Origin: Piromyces finnis finn
Taxonomy: Eukaryota > Fungi > Neocallimastigomycota
Assembly (NCBI GenBank): GCA_002104945.1
Contig: MCFH01000016.1
Location: 806,001-870,000, forward strand
Direction: 5' to 3'
DNA: 64,000 nucleotides
Shown: in pieces, positions 51,670 to 64,000 of the stretch
Numbering within the stretch: the first letter of the stretch is position 1
Layout: every line of letters starts with the position of its first letter
Notes under the pieces: generated by a model
Databases searched by the model: none
The model's input: the letters and a program-made list of their open reading frames with translations, nothing else
What the model was told of the DNA's origin: nothing
Position numbers and translations under genes: made by a program

Positions 51670-53642
51670 GCTTTTAAAATACAAATTACTATTCTTCCAT
51701 TTTAAAAGTTTTGGATGGGAAAATAAAAGGTTTTAACCCAAAATCTTTAGATAAATTATTTTTTCGTTTAAGAGAAAATATATTAAGTTTTTTTTATAAA
51801 AAAAAAATTAAAATATAGAGTAAAAAAAAAAAAAAAAATAAAGAAAAAAATAAATATATATATACATTTTGAAATACTGTAATTTCCATATGGATATATA
51901 TATTTAAATACATTTTTTCTTTGTTTCACTTTTTTTTTTTTTAAACATTTTCATACATTAGCACCCAATATAAAAAATTTATATCCCAAAAAATGTTTTT
52001 TATTTAAACCTTTTTTTTAATTAGTTTTAAATTAAGGAAAAAAAAAAAGTATTTATTATTACATACGCATATAATTATTACAAACGCACTTATCCAAAAT
52101 TAATAAATATTTTAACATGAAATTTATTTTTTTTTTTACCCAAAGTAAATTTTATTTATATATTTATTATTCATTTTAAATAAATTTTATTCATACAATT
52201 GTTGATTTAAGAAATATATACACATATATATATAATTCCATACCATTAAAAAAAAAAATAATAAAATAAAATAGCATATATCTTTAAAAAAAAAAAAAAA
52301 GTATTACAATGATTAAAGGAAAATCAATTAGTTTTATATATCTATATATTTCAATTATTTTATTTCATTTAATAAAAAGTCCAATAATAATTGATGTTAT
52401 AAAGTTTAATTATTACCAATAACTCTAGATATTAAAATATATAAAGGTATACATATTCCTTTTATAAATTTCATCAAATAGTTAAAGTATCTCTTAGTAC
52501 TTCATTATTAACTTTAAAATTTTAGAAATAATGGAATATTTAATTAGGGTAATACAAAAAATGAAGAATAATAATTAATTTTTCTTCTTCTAGAACTTTT
52601 TAATTTCAATTTATCATAGGTAGGACAACTTTTTGATATATTTTTAAAAAAATGGCATTTCATAGTAAAATATAAAAATAGAAATGATATATTACAAATT
52701 TAATTCATCACTTTTGTTTGTTTGTTTGTTTGTTTTGTAACTCTCTATTAAATAATTTACTTTTATTTCTCTTTCTCAAAAAAATCGACTGACAATTTTT
52801 ACACTTTTTTCTTTCAATATAATGAGATAAAAAAATAGTTATTTGATTCCATATATTATATAGTATAATCATATATATGCATCTATAAAAATAAATTATA
52901 AGATTTACTTTGTGTAATATAAAATATTTTTTAATAAGAATAAAATTTGATATTACGTGACACAATAATTATAGTTTTTTTTAGTTTATTAAATTAAATC
53001 TATATGAATAGTAATAGTATATTATTACATTATTAACATATATTAGAATATACTTTTATATATTATTAATAATTGTCTAAAAATTAAAATAATACATTTA
53101 TCTTTAGTATATTAAAAAAAAAATTTTAAATATAAACTTAAATTATTATTATTTTTCTTTTTTAATTAGTATAAATTATCATAATTTTATGAGAAAAAAA
53201 TTAATATAAATACTTTTTTTTTTAAAATTTTAAAAAAAAAAGTAGTAACAGTAATATTGTAAAAATAGAATTGAAGATATTTGTTTTTATTTTTGTTTTT
53301 TTAGGCATTCTTATGTATATAGGTATTAAACATTAAAATATTATAGCTTTTATATAAATTAGTATATTTCATTTTTTAATTAAAAATAAAAATGAAATTA
53401 AAATTGTATTAAATAAATTTTAAAATTTAACCAAAGTAAAGAAAAAAAATAGTATATACTTAAATTTCAATATTAAGTTAATAATATAAAAATTAGTACT
53501 AAAGATATTAAAATAAAAGACAAAAACTTGATAAAGAAATATTTATTAAAAGACCTATTTTTAAATAAAATATTATTTAGTAATATAAAAAAAAAAAAAG
53601 TATTATGAACTATATTCCTTTATAAACTTTGTAAATAAAAGT

Positions 53643-54454
53643 ATGTCAAATATCAACTTTACTAATCAAAAAAACATTAATAATATGAGCAATAATCAAA
53701 TATTTTCTTCGGACGAAGTATCTATTACACCACAATCTATTTTAAATAACAATATTAATAGTAATAATAGCAATAATAATGACAATACCTTTGATAATAT
53801 TATGTATACAACCTATCAAGAGGTTGTTTCTCATCCTTCAGTCATAAGTCAACAGAATCAAATTCCTTCTTTTCAGTCCTACACTTTCGCTTCTCAAAAT
53901 CAAAATACCCCTATTCAAACATATACTCAAAATCAATACATGAATTCGAATTCTTTTCCTTCTCCAATGAATATAAATATAAAAAATGAAAATATAAATA
54001 ATACACAAAATCAAAATCAAGGTATTTTATATTCACCAGTATCTACTGCTTCTTCCTCATCTCCAACCGCCTCAAATTTCTTTAATGTGGAACCAAATAA
54101 TTTAAATTCTGGAATTAACGGAAATCCTACGACCATTCAAAATGAAGATAATAACAATAATAATGATAGTAATAAATCAATTCAAAATGAAAGAAAAATA
54201 TCTCTTTCCATTGTTAATGAAAATTCTGAAAATACAAATACTATACAATATAATTCTTCAAATATAAATATGAATTTGAATGGGGAAAGAGATAGTAATA
54301 TGAATATAAATAATAATACTCTTTCTACATCCACTGCTGCTGCTTCAATGAATAATGGATCTTATGTCATGGAAACTCAACCTCAAAATACCTATTCTTC
54401 TAATTCATATTATTTAACTAATGGTTCAAATAATAATCAAATACCACCACCACC

Positions 54455-54485
<31 letters not shown>

Positions 54486-55356
54486 GTAACACCACTTTCA
54501 TTATCACAACAAAATATTTCTATGATTAATGGTAATACTTTAATACAACAATCTCAACAACAGCAACAACAACAACAACAATCTCAACTATCTTCACAAA
54601 ATCATCAAAATAATCCTTTCTATATACAACAACAAAACATTCCTCAACAAAACATTCCTCAACAAAACAATCAAAATATCCAAAGTATGCAAAATATGCA
54701 AAATATGCAAAATATGATGGTTGTTAATCCAAATCCTCAACAAATGAAATTACCTCAAGGTCAAATTTCAATTCTTCAAAATTCTACAACTTATAATCAA
54801 GTATACTATTCAAATGGTCAACCTGTACCTCAGCCTATACCAAATCCAATTCAAAATCAATCTGTTCTTATCAATAACATAAATGAAAATATTATTCGTG
54901 AACAACAAAAAATATCCATGGAATTAGCCATTAAACGTAAAAAGAATACTGAAGCCGCAAGAAGATCAAGAATGAGAAAAATGCTACGAATGGAAAATCT
55001 AGAAAAATATGTAAAACAATTAGAAAATGAAAACAGTACCCTGAATACAAAAATTTCAATCTTAGAATCTGATAGACCAAAATGGAATGAAAAAGAAAAT
55101 AAGTTAAGAGATAAAATAAAAGAATTAGAAAAAGAATTGGCAGGTAAATAACTTTATGATTTAAAAAATATATATATATATTGATTATAAACATTTACTA
55201 ATGTTTATTTTTTATAAAATTAAATATACACTTATTATATATTTAGAATATAAGGCAAAAAAAAAGTTTGAGAATGATACAGAAAATATTATTGAAAAGG
55301 AATTAAAAAGAAAAGAAATAGGCGAAAATATAAATAGTAATATGAAAGAGGAATAG
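53643..55356 (+). CDS. GCN4/CpcA-like bZIP transcription factor, copy 2 (tandem paralog); 2 exons
   Basis: Same basic region and zipper as copy 1, with the intron in the same position (donor about 55144). Stop TAG 55354-55356. Confidence 0.85.
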
Positions 55357-56279
55357 ATCACACAGATAAAATTTAAAAAAAGGAATTTTTTACCTTTGTT
55401 CTTATATTTGTATAGTTTCATTTATTCATCAAAATTCTATAAAATATATATATTATTATTATTATTATTATTATTTATTGATATGATACATAATCCCTAT
55501 CTACATTAAAATAACATAAAACAATGTATTTTTTTTTTATTTCTTCAAATGTTTTCATCTAAACTTTGTCATTAATTTTAAAAATCTCTTTTTTTTTTAA
55601 TTATCTTTTTTATTTTATATATTTTATATGTCACTATGAGTTTTTTTTTCCCAAATTATTTAAAATCTTTTTAGAAAAAAAGAAAAATCAAAAAAAAATA
55701 TATATTAATTTTTAATTGGGAGACATAGAAGGGATATAAATTTTTATTAATTTAAATTTTTTTCAATATTAAACTAATAAATGATAATACTAATAATTTT
55801 TATTCAAATCAAAAATAATGGTTATTCAAATCAACAAATCATTTTTTTATTTCTTTTTTTCTCTCCAAAGTTCAAAGTTGTTATTATATCATATTATATC
55901 ATATTATATAATAACAATTAATAATAATTAATAACAATTATATATTGAATACTAGTAAAATATAAAATTTTTAGCCTAATTTAAAAAATTGATACAAAAA
56001 ATTTAATTTAAAAAATAAATATTTAGTCTACCATTTTTTTTATTCCCCATAAACATTTGAAAAAGGGCTAATTTTTCCTGATAGTAAGATATTTTTTTTT
56101 GGTTACTAAATTTTATATTTTTATATTTTCAATAGTAAAGTTATTTCTAATGTTAGATACCAAAAAAAAAATAATTAATATTATTTAATAAATATTTTTT
56201 TTCTTTTAAAAATATTAAATATAATTAAAGGATAAGACCAAGATTTTTTATTTTTAAAAAAAAAACCTAATTATTGATT

Positions 56280-56322
<43 letters not shown>

Positions 56323-56928
56323 AGAATTATTCATTTTATTTCTCCTTTTTATTTGTATAAAAAATGGGTTTTATTAATTTTAACGGAATTTTTTTTAGAT
56401 GAAAACAACAAAGATAGATTAAAAAAAAATGGGCCAATCTATTTATTTTTTTTTCTATTAATAGGAAAAATTTGTCAGGAATTTTTTTAATTTTTTTATA
56501 CGGGTATTTTTTATATTAACTTTTTTTGATAAAATGAAAGCTTTTAAAATATTTCCCCCATTAAAAAAAATTATAAAGATGATCCATTAAAGTATAAAAA
56601 AAAAAAAAGGATAGGATATATATGATTTATATATAGTATAACATAAGCATGAGTATTGATTCAAAAAAATTCATAGCTTCATTATCAATCAAATACTTGA
56701 TTAGTTTATGAATTATTATTAAAAAAATTAATCTTTTAAATAAAATGTCACCATATTTCAAAGGAATTTATAGATCATCCAAATAAACTATAATTTACCA
56801 CCCATAGACCAAATTTTTTACCAATTATTAACAACAATATTAGCGATGCTAATTCATTTATATAATTATTATATTAATTTTATATATTATTATTATTATG
56901 TATATCATTATTGCGTTAAATATATCAC

Positions 56929-57510
<582 letters not shown>

Positions 57511-58490
57511 GAATAGTCAATTTTAAAATTTTAAAAGTGTGACTAGAAACAATAATATCATAAATATTATATATTATATATTATGTGCTTTATTACTTTT
57601 ATTTCAAAAAAAATAATTAATATTTTATTGGAATATTGGAATAGCTATGACATTATAAGCACCCATCACATAATAATTCTATCAAACTTTTTCATACTTT
57701 TAAAATAAACCATTTTTTTTATTATGGATATTTCATAATATTATAAGAAACAATTTTTTAAATAGTATTTTTTTTATATAAAATAGTATCAATTAGATTA
57801 AACCAATATGTTAATGAAACAATTTATTTTATTTTATTATTATTATTTCTTTACCTAATAATTAATTAACATTTATTTTTTTATATGATTTTTTAATTAA
57901 TAAACATGTAAAATTTTATTTTTATAAAGAGGATAATCAAAATTACATTTATTTATAAAACAATAAATATAAAATAATCTACTACTAATAATTTTGGTAT
58001 CTAATTTTTATATAAATTATATAAATTAGTTTTATTATTGTGTATATATATAATATTTAAAAAAATTGTTTCTTATAATATAAAAATTAAAAAATTAACT
58101 TTTTTATTTTGTTGAGAATATTGATAGAACTAATTGATTATTTTAATATATACGATTTTGGTTTAAGATTTTTGATTTATTTATTCTATTTAATAATTTG
58201 ATTACTTGACTGTGAGAAATTTCAAACTCATAGTTAAAATTTCTTGTTTCTTTTTAAATAGTTTTCAAATTCTTGTAAACTAATTTTTTATTTATTAAAT
58301 TTCTTTAAATAGTTTTGGTATAAAAGTTTTATTAATACTTAAATAGGTTAACTTTAAATAAATTCTTTTTTTTTTTTTATCCTGATAAATAAGTTCTTTA
58401 TTTGGTAAAAACGCACATTATATATGATACAATTATTATTTATATTGGTTAAGATTTCCTATTTCTTTTAATAATAAAACTAATAAAACT

Positions 58491-58804
<314 letters not shown>

Positions 58805-60130
58805 AATATTTAATATGATTTATTTTTTTTAAAAAAAAAAATTGAAAGTTTCATAAAGATATTTACATATTATTGTATAAATCATTTTCTGCTCTATTTT
58901 ATTCTTTTATCACTATTTATTTATTTAATAAATTACAACCTAACCAATATTATTTAAAATTTTTTGTAAAAAAGATAAACTTTTACTAATACTTTTTAGT
59001 TATTAATTAAAAAAAGTTCAATTTTTATTTTAAATAATTATTATTACTAAAAAAAAAGAAAGAAAGAAAGAAAATAATATTACCATAACTTTTATTATTC
59101 TAAACAGTAAAAGATTTTAAAGGATAAAGTAATTTTAATATATTATGCAATAATAGTCATTAATATTTTATTTGATTTTAATTATTGTACTAATAAACAA
59201 TTTATAAACAATTAAAACAACATGCTAAATTTAAAGATTATCATTAATGAATTAATTAGATATTATATTAAATAATATAATATCCGAATTATTTTTTAAA
59301 GAATTATAACTACACATATTAATCAAGTTATGGCATAAAAAGGGAAATTTTAGTTATTGAAATTAACCGAAATGGATAGCATAAAATAATATAATATATT
59401 TTTAAAAAGGTTTTATAATTTGAATATATAATACATTGAATGTTATTTATATAGAAATAGCTTCATTATTTTTTAATTGTTTGTATATGTAATAACATGT
59501 AAATTTCCTTTTAAAGGAAAATCCAATGGTTCTATCTTAAAGTATTGTAAATTAAAAAATCTATTATTTATTAGTAAATATATTCTCTACTAACCTATGA
59601 ATATATTAAAAAAAAAAAAAAAAAAGATTTTTATAAAATATATATATATATACACCTAATCTTTTTTATACTTATATTCTTTTACCTTTTTTTATAAATG
59701 TTTTTTTTTATAATATATAATTGTTTTTAGCATAATTAAACCATATTCTAATATGACTTGTTAGTAAATTAGAAAACTGTTCCTAATCTTACTATTACTT
59801 TAGAATGAATTATACAAACCTATTGCTCTAAATGTTTCTTTTCTATTTCATTTAATTAAAGATACATACAAGCAAAGTAATAATCCATTTTTTTATATTT
59901 TATTAATTTATTATCCTTTTTTAAAATATATAAATATAAATATATTTTTTATGGTCTAAATAAACAACTATAAACATCATCTTATAATATTTTTATTTTT
60001 ACCCAATTATAACATTAATAAGAATAATTTAACAGTTCATTATTAAATAATTATTTTTTATTAAAAGTTTAAATCATCAATATTATCATCTTCTAATATA
60101 AATTTATATTATTTTTATCTTTGTATAATT

Positions 60131-60201
60131 TTTATTCTTTGTAAAGACAATAGTTTTAGTATTATTTATTCTTTGTAAAGACAATAATAGTTTTAGTATT
60201 A
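60131..60201. repeat. Short tandem duplication (34 bp and 37 bp units)
   Basis: TTTATTCTTTGTAAAGACAATAGTTTTAGTATTA is followed by the same sequence carrying a 3-bp insertion. Confidence 0.9.
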
Positions 60202-63200
60202 TTTAAATACCCTAACCTCATAAAATATAAATAATCTTTATATGTAATGTATTAACGTTAATAATTTATGTAGATGTAATTCAACACATATAAATTATGC
60301 TTTTAAATTAATATCGTACAACTAGTTGAATAATGTAATATATTGAAATTTATAAAATAAATAATTGATAAATATTTATTTAAATTTTTATTACAATTGA
60401 AATTTATAATAATAATTCAAATATACAAACTATTATGAAACCCTTTATAAATAAAAATTTTGAGTTCTTTTTTCTTTTTCTATGGTCTTATTATAATATT
60501 AGTAATATCTAATTATAATAATATTTGATAATACTAGTAATAATAATACTACTAACAATAAAATTTAATATTCTATATACATTTAAAATTTTTCTACTTT
60601 TTGTGTAACAATAATAATTATTAATAGAATTACATATTTTAACATACTATAAAATTTTGTATATGCTTTTTTTTAAAGAAAAAATAAAATATGAAAAACA
60701 AACATTAGAATAGTTTAATTTTATTAGGAACTTTGAGATAATAAAGGTATAAAATTAATCTTATTATATAATAGTATCAACATCATAACGATAGATTAGT
60801 ATAATTTAAAATAATAGACTCTTTTTATTTAAGCTATAAGCCATCTTTTTTTTTTTTTTTATTTTGAATTGATGAATCATATAATACAAATTAACATCAT
60901 TTTTAGAAATTAATATTTTGCAAATAATAAATAAATTAAATATTTCTTGGGTGTATTCTAAAAAAAAGGTATGTAATTGATTTGGCCCTCATAAATAACT
61001 GATACTACACCATAATATTTTATTTTTTAATTAATACTTAATAAAGAATAATGTTTATATGAGTTTTTTATTAAATATTAATGTTAATTATTAATATTGT
61101 TTATGAGTTTTTTTTTTAAAAAATAGTTTATCTTTAATCACAATAGTGATGAAATATTAGCTATATTAATCATTATAATATTTTATATTAAATTATTCTA
61201 AAAGTAATTTCTTGTCAGCCCATAAAATAAAAAAAGAATATTTTATTAAATACAGAGAAACATATATAGTATATAATATATAATATATAATTAAAATATA
61301 TAATATCTTAATATTGTACTTTATTTTTTTTACTATATATTTTGATTTTTCATTTTAAAAACTTTATTTCATATAATAATATAATATTTAATAAAAAAGT
61401 ATATATTATTTTCAAAAATTTAATATATATTTAATTAAATAAATATATATTAAATAAAAAAAGTTTTTAATTAAATTTAAAAATATTGCCTATAAAATTA
61501 AAAATTATTATACTTCATTTTTTATCATATACATTATATAGTGATTTTAAATATTTTACTTTTTTTTCTTATGTTATTAATAATAATACTTTTTTCTATT
61601 AGACTAGTAGTATTCTTGGTAGTAAAAAGACATAAAAATGTAATGATATCAATCAATGTCTTTTTTTTCAACAGCTGAATAAAAAAATAATTTTGAAAAT
61701 CTACTTGACAGTTTGTTTATTTTTTGGTGACAAGAATTAATAATAATAGATGTATTATCTATATATTAATATTATATATATTTTATATCCATATAATATA
61801 TAAATATAAATATTTTCTATTGATGAAGTTAAATTTTACTAATAAATATTATATTATATATAATATATATTAATTATATTCATAATAGATATTATAACAA
61901 AAAATATATAATAACATTCCATCGATTTTTTTTTAAAATAGTTATAAAAGTATACTGAAAATTAAAACATTTACTGGTACGGTACATAGAACAATGTAAT
62001 ATTCTTTGTAATTATCATAATTAAAAATTTATAAAATTTATAGTTCTTTGATTATTAATGGCTATTTTAATTTTGATAAATTGTATATTAAGAAAAATAA
62101 TAGTTTATTTCATGTTATTCGTTCTCCTTTAATTTAAAATTTTCTAATAAATAAAGTTACTTATAAATCCAATAAAATACATTATGCATTTTATTAATTT
62201 ATAATAATAGTAATTTAATTAAACATTACTCATGATTAATATTTTTTTATTTCCTAAAATGAATAAATTATTATATTAAAATTTTTCATTCTATTCATTT
62301 TATTTCAGTAATAAAATATTATATTGTATTATTCTATAGTATTAATTTTTTAAAAAAAATCAATATATTATAAAAGGTTTTTTTTTATATAATTTTTAAT
62401 ATAAAAAAATTTTTAATAATTTCTAGTTAAATTAAAATTACTCATAGTATTAAATTATATAATTTTAATATCAATTAAAATTTTAAAAAAAAATTAATAT
62501 ATTATCAAACTTTAAGGGTCATATTTTTTTATATTGTATTATATATATGTGTTTTTTTTTTAAAAAGTTTAATTTTGAAACATTATATTGATTTAGAGAC
62601 ATTTTTTTTAATATATTAAAAATAATTTGTTTTTTAATCTATACTTTTATATATCAATTAAATTTTTGAGATTTTTTTTTATTTCCATTTCTTTTTGTAG
62701 GTAATTTAGAATTTAAAAAATTCAATATTTTAATTTTAATCTTCACTAAATTTTAATAACTTTTTTTTTTTTTTCGTTCTTTACATTATATTTTTCTTTG
62801 AAAAGTATCTCTAAAAGAATAATGAATATAATAGATATTCATTATATTGAAAATATGTTAAATAACAAATAATTTATGTATATGCTTCCATGTTCTTTTA
62901 ATTATTACTCATTTAAAGTCATGAATAATAATTAATGCATTAAATATACCTATATTCTATTCAAACTTAATCTTTTAATCGTTCAATCAACTTGTTTAAA
63001 AAAAAGTATTGTTTTTTTTTTATTTAACGATTAGAAAGATTAATTGACTATTAATAAAAATAATAGTAATAATAATTAAAAAAGAATTGAAGTGTTAAAT
63101 AATACAGCATTTAATATTATATAATTATTATATAATATCCAATGATGATTCATAATTATTATTAAAGTAACAATATCTAATATAAAATATCTCAAAAAAA

Positions 63201-64000
63201 TTAATGAAAGAATGAATAATAATGAATAATTATATTTATTATTAATTTGTCATCTTAATTGATAATTTTAATAGAATTAAAATCTACATTATTTAATTAA
63301 TATGTGAATTGTAATGATAACAATATGATATTAATTTAGGATTATTTTTAATTCGTTGAGTCATTGATCTTATTGTTTTGAACTTTAATTACTAATAAAA
63401 TAAAAAATTAATTTGAATTTAATATAACTTTTATTGAATAATATAAATTAATTTAATTGAAACTTATTCTAAATAATTTAAAAAAGAATGCAATATATAT
63501 AATACATTTTAATTAATAAGAAAATTTTAATATAATAATCTGTACACCGTACAACAGCTTAATATGTATATATATTTTTGCCGTTGTTAATGTTACATTT
63601 AAGAAATACAATGAATCAATTATATTAAAATTAAATAAGAATAAATTATAAAAGTCTCCTATTTAAGTAATTATGACTAGAAATTAATTATATTAATGAA
63701 AAATTTTTTATTTTAAAAAATATGTTTCAATATATATAATTAATTTAGATAATAATTACGGTTATTAATAAAAAAAATATATAAATAAGTTTTTTTTCCA
63801 AAAAAAAAAAAAAATTTAAAGTATATTCATAAATTAATATAAAAAAAAAAGTAATTACTTTTTTTTTTTGGTGTAAATATATATACATATATTTTTTTTA
63901 CATTGAATTGTAAATTTAAAATTTTAAAAGAAAAAATAATATTTATTATAAAAAAATTTTAATATTTACATTGAGCTGTAAATACGGAATTATTTTTATA

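Noticed and set aside
61251-61259. TACAGAGAA, the METTL16 target nonamer
   Set aside because: No U6 context (not followed by GATTAGC), no hairpin and no associated gene; plausible by chance.
63357-63363. TGAGTCA (GCN4/AP-1 site)
   Set aside because: An isolated 7-mer with no nearby gene in the window; about one is expected by chance.

Overview
Extremely AT-rich, intron-rich eukaryotic DNA with long homopolymers and Asn/Gln-rich ORFs; this style fits an anaerobic gut fungus (Neocallimastigomycota), which is an inference. Spliced by eye, the window encodes: a TFIIIC subunit-6-like protein (truncated at the left edge), a FLX1/SLC25A32-type carrier, an LKAAEAR1-like protein, two low-complexity hypothetical proteins, METTL16, an Ase1/PRC1 (MAP65) protein, a MIT plus two calpain domain-III protein with no protease core, ornithine decarboxylase (ODC), and two tandem GCN4-like bZIP genes. 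It also holds an apparently full-length, intact APE-type non-LTR retrotransposon (about 5.56 kb, 13-bp target-site duplication, poly(A) tail). The most notable signals are: (1) an AUG-less upstream ORF ending in PPW-VLN* in a roughly 700-nt AUG-free region ahead of ODC, resembling the polyamine/eIF5A-sensing uCC; (2) five nearly abutting RNA hairpins at the exact 5' end of the retrotransposon; (3) the protease-less calpain-7/PalB-like gene; (4) a sharply bounded near-identical tract between the otherwise diverged bZIP paralogs. No tRNA, rRNA or CRISPR features could be supported. Exon boundaries are manual and approximate.
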